Source of the DNA: an uncultured Acidobacteriaceae bacterium
GTDB taxonomy: Bacteria > Acidobacteriota > Terriglobia > Terriglobales > Acidobacteriaceae
Direction of reading: 5' to 3'
DNA length: 64,000 nt
Assembly: GCA_963738085.1 (NCBI GenBank)
Contig: CAVTVC010000009.1
Coordinates: 62,454 to 126,453, forward strand
Numbering within the stretch: the stretch's first letter is position 1; every line of letters starts with the position of its first letter. The translations under genes and the position numbers were made by a program. Below the pieces are notes generated by a model that was not told the origin of the DNA, ran no database searches, and saw only the letters and a program-made list of their open reading frames with translations. Shown here in pieces: positions 1 through 9,748 of this stretch.

Positions 1-198
1 GGCGAATTTTTGCGGGGCAAAGGTCTGTTGGAGGATTGCTTTGTCGCGTATGTCGCCCTGGATGCTGGTGAGGCCTGGATGGGTGTCGGGATCGGCTACG
101 AGGTCGATGTTGGTGCAGGCGTAGCCTTCGGCGAGAAGTCTGCGTTTGAGAATGCCTCCGAAGAAGCCGGATCCTCCCGTGATGAGGACGTGGGTCAT
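1..198 (-). CDS. NAD-dependent epimerase/dehydratase family protein (N-terminal part, runs off window)
   Basis: Manual translation from ATG at 198: MTHVLITGGSGFFGGILKRRLLAEGY...IQGDIRD, with a Rossmann GGxGxxG motif. It lies 7 bp downstream of the 206..1549 gene. Confidence 0.85.
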   Translation of the reverse strand, partial: MTHVLITGGSGFFGGILKRRLLAEGYACTNIDLVADPDTHPGLTSIQGDIRDKAILQQTFAPQKFA

Positions 199-205
199 TG
201 TTACG

Positions 206-1549
206 TTAATGATACGTTTTTTGCGGCTTTGTCGCTGACTGGAAGAGGAAGACGGCGAGGATGGTCATGAGGGGTTCGAGCGGATGACGGAAACGTGCCT
301 GCACGGTGATGAAGTAGTAGGTGAGGGGCACTAAGGCGAAGGCCCAGGCGAAGAGGATGGCTCCGGGAATGCGTTGTTTGAGCGCGAGAGCGAGGCCGAG
401 GAGACTGGCCAGGCTGAGGAAGAAGTAGTTGGACTCGCGGGCAGCTTCGATGAGGACGCCTTTTTCGACAGGCTTGGGGAGGCTGACCCAGAAGAAGTAG
501 AAGCGCTTGAGGCTGTAATCGACGAAGCGCTGTTTGTGGGAACGGATCTCCTGTTTGGCGATCTCGCCTTCGCGGCGTACGTAGGAGGCTTCGCCCATCT
601 GGCGATATTGCTGGAAGACGGGACAGACCTCGCAGACAGGGATGGTCGCTCCCCAAGGGAAGCCTTGATGTTCTTCAAGGATGGATTGATGGAGCTCGGC
701 GCCGAGATTGCCGCGCAGGGGGATGAAGGTGTGGAAGACGGAGAAGTTGCGGACTGTCCACGGGGCGATGCAGGCGAGGGCGAGTACGCAGGCAAGCATG
801 CTGCGAAGAAGCGCGGAGAGGATTGGGGATTTGGCTTTGATTGTTCCGAGGAGCATCCATAGGCCGCAGACCGGGATGAAGAGAAGGAGAGTGGAGTTGA
901 GAAGGACGACGAGTCCGGAGAGAAGACCGAAGGCGGCCCAACGGGCGGTTGTGCCGGTTTGTGGTGCGGGGTCGGTAGGTGGCGTACCTTCTCCGATGCC
1001 CCGGACGCGCAGAGCGATGGCGATAATTTTGGAGAAGAGAAAGGCGGTGAGGCACATGTCCCATATCCAACGAACAGCGAACTGCATGGCGGCGGGATAG
1101 AGGGCCCAGAGCCATCCGGACCAGATGGCGATCTTTTTGGCGCGGCCAGTGTGCTGGAAGCAGCGGGCGGCGATCTCGTAGATGACGGAGGAGGTCGCGG
1201 CGGAGAAGACGCTGTTGATGACGAGGAGCACCCAGGCGGATGCTGCGGTGTAGACGCCGAAAATTTTGAAGACGCCGGCGATCAGGAGGGGATAGAGCGG
1301 CGGCGACCATGCTGTGGGGCCGGAGTGGCCGGTGAAGGGGTCTGCGAAGCCAAAGCCGGTGGCGAGGGCTCGTGCGATGCGGCCCATCTCCCAGCCGAAC
1401 TGCAGGTGATCTTCTTCGGGGCGGATGCGATAGGTGTGGATGATGGTGATGTAGAGGACGCGGATGAGGAAGCCGGCCCAGAACATCGAGGAGGGCGCGC
1501 GGAAGAGAGAGGATTTTTCTGGTGGGCGGGAGGCTTCTATGCGTTGCAT
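206..1549 (-). CDS. GT-C/ArnT-like (family 39-type) membrane glycosyltransferase
   Basis: 447 aa polytopic membrane ORF with an N-terminal loop acidic motif (FGWEMGRIA), PPLYP and a C-terminal RFRHPLEP. Operon-like spacing with both neighbours. Confidence 0.7.
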   Translation of the reverse strand: MQRIEASRPPEKSSLFRAPSSMFWAGFLIRVLYITIIHTYRIRPEEDHLQFGWEMGRIARALATGFGFADPFTGHSGPTAWSPPLYPLLIAGVFKIFGVYTAASAWVLLVINSVFSAATSSVIYEIAARCFQHTGRAKKIAIWSGWLWALYPAAMQFAVRWIWDMCLTAFLFSKIIAIALRVRGIGEGTPPTDPAPQTGTTARWAAFGLLSGLVVLLNSTLLLFIPVCGLWMLLGTIKAKSPILSALLRSMLACVLALACIAPWTVRNFSVFHTFIPLRGNLGAELHQSILEEHQGFPWGATIPVCEVCPVFQQYRQMGEASYVRREGEIAKQEIRSHKQRFVDYSLKRFYFFWVSLPKPVEKGVLIEAARESNYFFLSLASLLGLALALKQRIPGAILFAWAFALVPLTYYFITVQARFRHPLEPLMTILAVFLFQSATKPQKTYH

Positions 1550-1554
1550 CGCCG

Positions 1555-2196
1555 TTAGCTGCGGCCGGCGCGGGGTTGGGCGATGACGAGGCCGCGCGGG
1601 GTTGGCAGGAAGACGACGGAGAGAAGTCCCTCGGACTCCATAGAGCGCGCGGCCTCGCGGACGACTTTGTGGTGAGAGCTGGCGTCGTGGATGAGGATGA
1701 TGCCGTTGGGGTTGATCTGCGGGAGGAAACGTCTGACTTCCTTCTCGCGGAGGTCAGGGTCTGAGTCGGAGAAGAAGAGGTCGATGGTGCCGTCGATCTT
1801 CATTTCCAGGCTGGACTGGTTGCGGAGTTCGATGAAGCTGCTGAGCGGCGAGGAGGCGAGGCGTTCTTTGGCTCGGACATAGACGACGGGGTCAAACTCG
1901 CAGCTGATGACTTTGCCGAAGCCGTTGCGCTCGAGGCCGCGGGCGATCCATTCGGTTGAGATACCGAGGAAGGAACCAGTTTCGACGACGAGACGAGGCT
2001 TGATGGTGGTGACGAGGGTAGCGATGAATTCCAGGACCTCGACCTCGGCGGTCATGGAGTCGATCATGCCCCAGTGTTGAGGCTCGGGGCACTCGGGGGT
2101 AGGGCGATGCATCTCCGGCTGGAGTTTGCCGGCGGCGCGATCATGCTGGAGCATGATTTTGTGTTCCTGTTTCAACTTCTTACGGAATAGGCCCAT
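1555..2196 (-). CDS. Class I SAM-dependent methyltransferase (Methyltransf_24-like)
   Basis: Motif I VVETGSFLGIST, acidic residue after beta-2 (SCEFD), IDLFFSDS and ILIHD. Confidence 0.8.
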   Translation of the reverse strand: MGLFRKKLKQEHKIMLQHDRAAGKLQPEMHRPTPECPEPQHWGMIDSMTAEVEVLEFIATLVTTIKPRLVVETGSFLGISTEWIARGLERNGFGKVISCEFDPVVYVRAKERLASSPLSSFIELRNQSSLEMKIDGTIDLFFSDSDPDLREKEVRRFLPQINPNGIILIHDASSHHKVVREAARSMESEGLLSVVFLPTPRGLVIAQPRAGRS

Positions 2197-2316
2197 GCGT
2201 GCTCCCGCTATCCATTATGCGGGAATAGGAAATTTCTGGCTGGACAGTCTTTGCGAAATAGGGTCAGCTATCAGAGCGGCGGAAGTGAGTGGAACAGGCG
2301 AAGGGAATCGGGATTC

Positions 2317-3126
2317 ATGACGAAGACTTATGTGGGGCAACTGATATCAGAGATGATGGCGATGTTCATTATTATTGCGTTCGGCGACTCAGTCGCTGCG
2401 ATGTATACCCTTTACACCCCAAGCCCTTACCAGCAGGCCTATTGGGGCGTGTGCATTGCGTGGGGATTGGCGGTTACGCTCGCGATTTATACGACGGGTT
2501 CGGTGAGCGGGTGCCATGGAAATCCGGCGGTGACACTGGCGCTGGCGATCTATCGGCAATTCTCGTGGCGCAAGGTCATTCCTTACTGTGTGGCCCAGGT
2601 TGTGGGCGCGTTTCTTGGTGCGGGCGTTGTGTATGTGCTCTTTTCGCCGGTGATCGACCATTTCAATATGGTCAACAATTTTTCGCGGGCGACGGGTGGG
2701 GCGGCTGGTGTCTTCTTCACCCATCCGGGGCTGGCGATTACACCGATGCATGCTTTTGGCGACGAGATTATTTTGACGGCGTTCCTTATTCTCGGCATCT
2801 TCGCGATTACGGAGCAGTATAACGAGATGGCTCCGGGGGCGAATGGAGGGGCGGTGATGATTGGGTTGCTGGTGGCGTTGATCGGGGCGTCGATGGGCTA
2901 CCTGGAGGCGTGGGCGCTCAATCCGGCGCGCGATTTCGGGCCGAGGTTATTTTGTTTTCTGATGGGTTGGGGTGGGTCGGCGTTTCCTTCGCCGGATAGT
3001 TACTGGTGGATACCTATTGTCGCTCCGTTGATCGGTGGGGTTGTGGGTGGTGGGGCGTATCAAATACTGATTCGGCCCTTTCTGCCTGCGAGAGAGCGAG
3101 CCATGCTGGGTGGGGCGAAGGTTTAG
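2317..3126 (+). CDS. glpF: Glycerol uptake facilitator (MIP aquaglyceroporin)
   Basis: Two NPA motifs (GNPAVT, LNPARDFGPR), six TM segments, upstream of glpK. Start moved to ATG 2317. Confidence 0.93.
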   Translation: MTKTYVGQLISEMMAMFIIIAFGDSVAAMYTLYTPSPYQQAYWGVCIAWGLAVTLAIYTTGSVSGCHGNPAVTLALAIYRQFSWRKVIPYCVAQVVGAFLGAGVVYVLFSPVIDHFNMVNNFSRATGGAAGVFFTHPGLAITPMHAFGDEIILTAFLILGIFAITEQYNEMAPGANGGAVMIGLLVALIGASMGYLEAWALNPARDFGPRLFCFLMGWGGSAFPSPDSYWWIPIVAPLIGGVVGGGAYQILIRPFLPARERAMLGGAKV

Positions 3127-3146
3127 GAAGGTTTAGGAAGGTTTAG
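3117..3146 (+). repeat. Perfect 10-bp tandem repeat (GAAGGTTTAG)x3
   Basis: Read directly. The first copy contains the glpF TAG stop and the array ends just before the glpK RBS (GAGGAG). Confidence 0.95.
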
Positions 3147-3161
3147 AAACGAGGAGACGAG

Positions 3162-4655
3162 ATGACGTATGTACTTTCGCTCGACCAGGGGACGACGAGC
3201 TCGCGCGCGATTCTTTTTGATCATGATGGCAAGATTGCGGGAACGGCCGCGCATGAGTTTCCGCAGATCTATCCGAATAGTGGATGGGTAGAGCATGATC
3301 CGTTTGAGATCCTCACGTCGCAGTTGAGCTCTGCCGTCGAGGTGATGGGCAAGACGGGAACGCGTCCTCGAGATGTTGTGGCACTGGGGATTACCAACCA
3401 GCGAGAGACGACGATCGTGTGGGATCGCGAGACGGGCAGGCCTATCTATAACGCGATCGTGTGGCAGGACAGCCGGACTGCCGCGTTTATGAAGCGCCTG
3501 TTCGATGAGGGTGCGGAGGAGATGGTTCGGCAGAAGACGGGACTGCTGCTGAGTCCGTATTTTTCTGCCAGCAAGATTGCGTGGATACTCGACAACGTGA
3601 ACGGAGCGCGGGCGCGTGCGGAGGCCGGCAAACTTGCATTTGGCACGGTCGATAGCTGGCTGGTGTGGAACCTGACGAGCGGGCGGCGGCATATTACGGA
3701 TCGCACGAACGTGTCTCGTACGCTGCTTTACAACGTTGTTGAGGACAAGTGGGACGAGGACCTTTTGAAGCTGTTCAAGGTTCCGATGAGTATGCTGCCC
3801 GAGGTTGTGTGGTCGAGCGAACGGGTGGGGCAGGTGACGACGACGCTGGGATTGGGCGAAGTTGAGATTTCGGGGATTGCGGGGGACCAGCAGTCGGCGC
3901 TGTTTGGGCAACTGTGCGTGTCTCCGGGCGATGCGAAAAATACTTATGGGACGGGTTGTTTCCTGCTGCAGCATATTGGCGACCGGTTCACGCTGTCGGA
4001 GGAGCGGCTGATCACGACACTTGCATGCAGCGTGGAAAATAAGGCTGCTTATGCGCTTGAGGGCAGCGTCTTTGTTGGCGGAGCGGTGGTGCAGTGGCTG
4101 AGAGATAACATGAAGTTTTTCCGTAGATCGTCTGAGGTTGAGGGGATTGCGGATTCTGTGCCGGATTCCGGGGGGGTAGTCTTTGTGCCTGCGTTCACCG
4201 GTCTCGGGGCCCCGTACTGGGATGCGCAGGCCAGAGGGTTGATTATTGGCCTTGAGCGCGGGACTCAGATTGGGCATATTGCGCGCGCAGCGGTTGAGAG
4301 CATTGCATTTCAGGTTGCGGATGTTTTGCGTGCGATGGATAAGAGTTCAAAGAGTCCGTTGACGGAGCTTCGTGTGGATGGAGGGGCTGCGGCGAATGAT
4401 GCGCTGATGCAGTTTCAGGCTGACCTGCTTGGCGTGCCGGTGCATCGGCCTGCGGTTCTGGAGACGACGGCGCTGGGAGCCGCTTATCTCGCGGGGCTTG
4501 CTACAGGGTTCTGGAGTAGTGTGGACGAGTTGAAGAAGCATCGTGCCGCGGACATCGTCTTTTCTCCAAAGGCAGACAAGAAGCAGATGGAGCGGTTGCA
4601 GGGAAACTGGCAAGAGGCTGTCGCGCGCTCCCGCGGATGGAGCAAGGAGAGCTGA
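3162..4655 (+). CDS. glpK: Glycerol kinase
   Basis: LDQGTTSSRA, GITNQRETT, YFSASK, GDQQSALFG, KNTYGTG and VDGG motifs; 497 aa. Confidence 0.97.
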   Translation: MTYVLSLDQGTTSSRAILFDHDGKIAGTAAHEFPQIYPNSGWVEHDPFEILTSQLSSAVEVMGKTGTRPRDVVALGITNQRETTIVWDRETGRPIYNAIVWQDSRTAAFMKRLFDEGAEEMVRQKTGLLLSPYFSASKIAWILDNVNGARARAEAGKLAFGTVDSWLVWNLTSGRRHITDRTNVSRTLLYNVVEDKWDEDLLKLFKVPMSMLPEVVWSSERVGQVTTTLGLGEVEISGIAGDQQSALFGQLCVSPGDAKNTYGTGCFLLQHIGDRFTLSEERLITTLACSVENKAAYALEGSVFVGGAVVQWLRDNMKFFRRSSEVEGIADSVPDSGGVVFVPAFTGLGAPYWDAQARGLIIGLERGTQIGHIARAAVESIAFQVADVLRAMDKSSKSPLTELRVDGGAAANDALMQFQADLLGVPVHRPAVLETTALGAAYLAGLATGFWSSVDELKKHRAADIVFSPKADKKQMERLQGNWQEAVARSRGWSKES

Positions 4656-6256
4656 TGAATCGTGATGAGATGGTGGCACGGGTCCGGGACCGGAAGGAGC
4701 CGTGGGACATTGTGGTGATCGGTGGCGGGGCTACAGGGGCTGGGGTTGCCGTCGATGCAGCGACGCGGGGCTACGATGTGCTCCTGCTGGAGCGCGAGGA
4801 TTTCGGAAAGGGCACGTCGAGTCGCGCGACCAAGCTGGTGCATGGGGGAGTTCGTTATCTGGAGCAGGGAAATCTCTCGCTGGTGATGGAGGCTTTGAAG
4901 GAACGCGGACTGCTTTTGCGGAATGCTCCGCATATCGTTCGCAACCTGCAGTTTGTTGTGCCGAATTATTCGTGGTGGGAGGCTCCGTTTTATGGGATCG
5001 GGATGAAGGTCTACGATCTTCTGGCGGGCAAGTACAGCTTCGGCTCTTCAAAGACGCTTTCGCTTGAGGAGACGCTTCGGCTGCTGCCTACGATACGGCA
5101 GGACGGGCTGCGCGGCGGGGTGATGTATCACGATGGGCAGTTCGACGACACGCGGTTGCTGATTCATTTGATGATGACGGCTGCGGAACACGGGGCTACG
5201 GTGTTGAACTATGCGGGTGTCGTTGAATTGACGAAGGATGAGGATGGGTTTGTGCGTGGCGTGGTTGCTGTGGACGGCGAGAGCAGCGAGCGATATTCGA
5301 TTGCAGCGCGTGCGGTGGTGAATGCGACTGGGATCTTTACCGACGAGACGCGGCGTCTGGCTGAGGCCTCCGCTGAACCGATGATGGTGCCGAGCCAGGG
5401 AATTCACCTGGTGTTCGATCGTTCTTTTCTGACGGGCGACACAGCTCTGCTTGTTCCCCATACCGACGATGGACGGGTTTTGTTTGCTGTTCCATGGCAC
5501 AATCGCACGCTGGTGGGCACGACGGATACGCCAATTGAGACGATCTCGTATGAGCCGCTGCCTTTTGAAGAAGAGATTGAGTTTGTTCTCGAAACGGCGG
5601 GGCGGTACCTGGCGCACAAACCTACGCGCGAGGATATTCTGAGCGTCTTTGTAGGAATACGGCCGCTGACGAAGGCTCTTGGCGCGGGCGAAGGCAAGAC
5701 TTCAGCGATTTCGCGCGACTATACGATTCATATCGATCACACCGGGTTGCTGACGATCGCGGGTGGAAAGTGGACTACTTATCGGCACATGGCCGAGGAC
5801 TGCGTGGACCATGCGGTCACTCTGGGGGGACTCGACGAGCGTCCATGTGTGACTGCTACGACGCACATTCATGGCTATTTTCAGCACTCCGGTGAGTTTG
5901 AGGGATTGTCGGTGTATGGATCGGATGCGGCGGCAATACTTGAATTGACGAAAGAGAATCCTGAGCTTGCTGAGAGGCTGCATCCTGATTTGCCGTATAT
6001 CGCGGCGGAGGTGGTGTGGGCTGCCCGGCATGAGATGTCGCGCACTGTGGACGATGCTTTATCGCGTCGGACGCGTGCGCTGTTGTTGAATGCGCGTGCA
6101 GCGGTTGCGGTGTCTCCTGCAGTTGCGTCGCTGCTTGCCAAAGAGCTGGGCAAGGATTCTTCCTGGGTTGAGGAGCAGGTGGCAGCGTTTGGTGCTTTGG
6201 CGGCGCAGTACATCGCTCAGAGTGGCAAGTATCCGGCGATGTCTGTGTCTTCTTAG
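4655..6256 (+). CDS. glpD: FAD-dependent glycerol-3-phosphate dehydrogenase
   Basis: GGGATG FAD motif, GTSSRATKLVHGGVRYL and GGKWTTYR. TGATG overlap with the glpK stop. Confidence 0.95.
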   Translation: MNRDEMVARVRDRKEPWDIVVIGGGATGAGVAVDAATRGYDVLLLEREDFGKGTSSRATKLVHGGVRYLEQGNLSLVMEALKERGLLLRNAPHIVRNLQFVVPNYSWWEAPFYGIGMKVYDLLAGKYSFGSSKTLSLEETLRLLPTIRQDGLRGGVMYHDGQFDDTRLLIHLMMTAAEHGATVLNYAGVVELTKDEDGFVRGVVAVDGESSERYSIAARAVVNATGIFTDETRRLAEASAEPMMVPSQGIHLVFDRSFLTGDTALLVPHTDDGRVLFAVPWHNRTLVGTTDTPIETISYEPLPFEEEIEFVLETAGRYLAHKPTREDILSVFVGIRPLTKALGAGEGKTSAISRDYTIHIDHTGLLTIAGGKWTTYRHMAEDCVDHAVTLGGLDERPCVTATTHIHGYFQHSGEFEGLSVYGSDAAAILELTKENPELAERLHPDLPYIAAEVVWAARHEMSRTVDDALSRRTRALLLNARAAVAVSPAVASLLAKELGKDSSWVEEQVAAFGALAAQYIAQSGKYPAMSVSS

Positions 6257-6599
6257 AAAGTGGAGGTTCGGTACGGGAGTTATCCGATTCTCATCCGTTG
6301 AGAAGGGCGAGGAGAAATGCGATGATTCCCCGGATTGTGGCCATCGGGAGCGGAAAGAGGCGTACGGGATTGCATTGCATCGGCACTTCCAATCACCTTG
6401 AAATGAGGCATGCTTTCCAGACCCTCAGCGCTCCAATGTTTCAGCAAAGCTTGGTTCAAGGTTAGCGGTTCTATCTCTGCCGGCCACTCACCCTTTCGGA
6501 TTGGCTGCTTTCCCAAAAGTTGTATTGCCTCGGCTGTAGACGGAACCGTTGGAGCGGATCGAGCGTAATCCACTCATCACAACGGCCCGGAGAAACCCT

Positions 6600-9137
6600 A
6601 TGCAGGATATTGTTGTTGCTTTTCGTCAGTTTTTTAAGTCCCCCGGGTATGCAATCACGGTTGTGCTGACGCTGGCGCTGGGGATTGGAGCGAACACGGC
6701 GATCTTTACGCTGGTTCACGGTGTTCTGATGAAGTCGCTGCCGGTGGCCGATCCGAAGTCGCTTTACCGGGTGGGAGACCTGGACGATTGCTGCGTGAAT
6801 GGTGGGTTCATCAACGAGAACGGGGACTTCGATCTCTACTCCTGGGATCTGTATAAGCATTTGCAGGAGACGACGCCGGAGTTTGAGCGGTTGGCGGCGA
6901 TGCAGTCGGGTGGAGCGTCGATGACGACGCGGCGGGGTTCGGAGCCGGCGAAGACGGAGCGCACGCAGTATGTTTCGGGGAATTTTTTTACTACGTTCGG
7001 GGTTGGGTCTTTCGCAGGGCGTGTGTTGACGGATGAGGATGACCGGCCGGGGGCGACTCCGTCGGCGGTGATGAGCTACCAGGCGTGGCAGTCGGACTAT
7101 GGCAGCGATCCGAAGGTGGTGGGAGCCACGTTTTATATGGAAGGGCAGCCGGTGACGATTGTGGGGATCGCTCCGCCGGGGTTCTTTGGCGACCGCATCA
7201 GGAATAATCCGCCCGCGTTCTGGATTCCGCTGGCGGTCGAGCCAGGGATCGCAGGGAAGAATTCGCTTCTTCATGTGCGGGAGAGTAACTGGCTTTATGC
7301 GGTGGGACGGCTGAAGCCAAGGGTAAGCATGCAGGCGCTCGAGGGGAAGATGTCGGCGAGTCTCCGGCAGTGGCTTTCGACGCAGACGGGATATACGCGC
7401 AATGGCGGAGACACGATTATTCCTAAGCAGCATGTAGTGATTGTTCCGGGAGGAGCGGGTATTCAGAGTCTTCAGCAGAGGACGGGCAAGGGGCTGCATC
7501 TGCTGATGACGATCTCCGGCCTGGTGTTGCTTGTGGCGTGCGCGAATGTAGCGAATTTGCTGCTGGCACGCGGGGCTACGAGGAAGGCGGAGATTTCGGT
7601 ACGGATGGCGCTGGGAGCGGCACGAAGCAGGCTGATTCGACAGATGCTGACGGAGAGCATCCTGCTGGCCTGCATGGGAGGGTTGGCTGGGCTGGCTGTG
7701 GCGTATGCGGGGACACGGATGATCCTGGCGCTGGCGTTTCCGGATGCGACGAACCTGCCAATTTCGTCGAGTCCTTCGTTGCCGGTTCTGGGGTTTGCGT
7801 TTCTGCTATCGCTGCTGACGGGGGTGGTGTTTGGGATTGTGCCAGCGTGGATTACGTCGCACTCGGACCCGGCGGAGGCGTTGCGGGGAGCGAATCGGAC
7901 GACGCGGGACAGCTCTTCCCTGCCGCAGAAGTCGCTGATTGTGATTCAGGCAGCACTTTCACTTGTGCTGCTGGTAGGCGCAGGACTGCTGACGAAGAGT
8001 CTGCGAAATGCGGAGCATCAGGACTTTGGACTGCAGACGGAGAACCGGTATGTGATGCATCTGAATCCGGCGGGCGCTGGGTATACGGAGGAGAAACTGC
8101 CGGCGCTTTATCAGCAGTTGGAGGAGCAGTTTGGCGCGCTGCCGGGAGTGCAGAGTGTGGGGCTTGCTCTATACAGCACGCTGGAGGGCAATAACTGGGG
8201 TGAGGCTGTGTTTGTAGATGGGCGGCCGACGCCAGGACCAAATGCACATATTGGCTCGTCGTGGGACAGAGTGAGTCCGCGATTCTTTGAGACCGTGGGG
8301 CAACCGGTGATTCGAGGAAGAGGGTTCACGGATAGTGATACGGCTACTTCGCAGAAGGCGGCGGTGGTGAATCAGGCGTTTGTGAGGAAGTTCTTTCCGA
8401 AGGAGGATCCTATCGGACGGCACTTTGGGATCTTCGACCAGAGGTATTCGGCTTCCTTCGAGATTGTCGGGATTGTGGCTGATGCGAAATATAACAGTCC
8501 GCGCGAGGAAGTGCGCACGATGTACTTCCGTCCGTTGACACAAGAGATGAGCGGCCTGACGGAGGCGAATCTTCTGAGAGCGGAGGGCTCGTCGATGTAC
8601 ATCAATTCGGTGACGCTGCACTTTAAGAGTCCACCGGAGAACCTGGATGCGATGATGCGAAGGACCCTGCAGAGTATCAATCCAAACCTGACGGTAATCG
8701 ATCTTCACTCGCTGGATTACCAGGTTGCTGGAAACTTTACTCAGGAGCGGATGATTGCGCGGTTGACCACGCTGTTCGGGGTGTTGGCGCTGGTGTTGGC
8801 TTCGGTGGGGTTGTACGGAATTACGTCGTACCAGGTGGCCCGGAGGACGAGCGAGATTGGGTTAAGGATGGCTCTGGGAGCGGACCGGGCGAATGTAGTC
8901 AGAATGGTGATGCGCGGGGCGTTTCTGCAGGCTGGACTGGGGCTGGTGATCGGGATTCCGATTGCGATAGTCGGGGCGCGATACATGGCGGACCAGCTTT
9001 ATAAAGTGCGGTCGTATGATCCGGTGAGTCTGGGGATTGCGGTGGTGGTGCTGCTGGCTTCGGCTACGGTGGCGGGATTTATTCCAGCGCTGCGAGCGGC
9101 CAATATTGAACCAATGCTGGCGCTGCGGACGGAGTGA
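6600..9137 (+). CDS. ADOP-type duplicated ABC transporter permease (MacB/FtsX-like)
   Basis: TLALGIGANTAIF N-terminus, two FtsX-like halves (EISVRMALGA / EIGLRMALGA), no adjacent ATPase gene. Confidence 0.9.
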   Translation: MQDIVVAFRQFFKSPGYAITVVLTLALGIGANTAIFTLVHGVLMKSLPVADPKSLYRVGDLDDCCVNGGFINENGDFDLYSWDLYKHLQETTPEFERLAAMQSGGASMTTRRGSEPAKTERTQYVSGNFFTTFGVGSFAGRVLTDEDDRPGATPSAVMSYQAWQSDYGSDPKVVGATFYMEGQPVTIVGIAPPGFFGDRIRNNPPAFWIPLAVEPGIAGKNSLLHVRESNWLYAVGRLKPRVSMQALEGKMSASLRQWLSTQTGYTRNGGDTIIPKQHVVIVPGGAGIQSLQQRTGKGLHLLMTISGLVLLVACANVANLLLARGATRKAEISVRMALGAARSRLIRQMLTESILLACMGGLAGLAVAYAGTRMILALAFPDATNLPISSSPSLPVLGFAFLLSLLTGVVFGIVPAWITSHSDPAEALRGANRTTRDSSSLPQKSLIVIQAALSLVLLVGAGLLTKSLRNAEHQDFGLQTENRYVMHLNPAGAGYTEEKLPALYQQLEEQFGALPGVQSVGLALYSTLEGNNWGEAVFVDGRPTPGPNAHIGSSWDRVSPRFFETVGQPVIRGRGFTDSDTATSQKAAVVNQAFVRKFFPKEDPIGRHFGIFDQRYSASFEIVGIVADAKYNSPREEVRTMYFRPLTQEMSGLTEANLLRAEGSSMYINSVTLHFKSPPENLDAMMRRTLQSINPNLTVIDLHSLDYQVAGNFTQERMIARLTTLFGVLALVLASVGLYGITSYQVARRTSEIGLRMALGADRANVVRMVMRGAFLQAGLGLVIGIPIAIVGARYMADQLYKVRSYDPVSLGIAVVVLLASATVAGFIPALRAANIEPMLALRTE

Positions 9138-9200
9138 GGGCTGCTGTGGATTGATCTCGGTTATCCTTTGCATCTAGGCTGATTGGCGAGGATGTGAAGA

Positions 9201-9695
9201 ATGATGACGAAGACGATTGCAGTGGAACGAGTCACGTTTGTGTCGAAGAGAGCGTTTGATGAGGTTCTGGGACTGCTGGATCACGGAATAGGTCGTCCGA
9301 ACTTCAGTGAACTGGGTCGGCGGATGAACGAGGCGGCGACGTTTTCGGAGTATGAGGCGGTTATTCGAGGGGTAGTGGGGAGCGCGGACCTGATGGAGTT
9401 TATGCGTTTGGATCTGGGATCAGCGCTGCGCAAGGATCCTGCAGTTGCGGCTTATAACATCGTGAGGATTATTGCAGGGAATCCGCTGATCATGAAACAG
9501 ATGACAGAGTTTGTGCCGGATGCGGGCTCCTACGCTCCGGTGACGATTCTGGTTTATGAGCGGGAAGATGGGGTGCACGTGTCGTATGACACGATGGCCA
9601 GTCATCTGGCGGATTGCGGGAGCGAGAAGGCACTGCAAGTGGCGAGGGATCTGGATGCGAAGGTGCTTCGACTGCTGAGTGAAGCTACGGGTTGA
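9201..9695 (+). CDS. DUF302 domain-containing protein
   Basis: IIAGNPLIMKQM and AGSYAPVTILVYEREDGVHVSYD pattern typical of DUF302. Confidence 0.7.
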   Translation: MMTKTIAVERVTFVSKRAFDEVLGLLDHGIGRPNFSELGRRMNEAATFSEYEAVIRGVVGSADLMEFMRLDLGSALRKDPAVAAYNIVRIIAGNPLIMKQMTEFVPDAGSYAPVTILVYEREDGVHVSYDTMASHLADCGSEKALQVARDLDAKVLRLLSEATG

Positions 9696-9712
9696 TTTGT
9701 CTGGCAACCGAC

Positions 9713-9748
9713 GATTCTTCGACTGCGCAGCACATTGATGTGATGCTT
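9713..9748 (+). repeat. Partial copy of the TCCTTCGACT...CTCAGG palindromic repeat family
   Basis: GATTCTTCGACTGCGCAGC matches the 5' arm of the copy at 55992. Lies between convergent stops. Confidence 0.5.

Noticed and set aside
6280-6573. 97-aa minus-strand ORF in the glpD-permease gap
   Set aside because: GTG start only 27 bp from the divergent permease start, with no RBS or recognisable motif. It cannot be supported without a homology search, though a gene remnant is possible.
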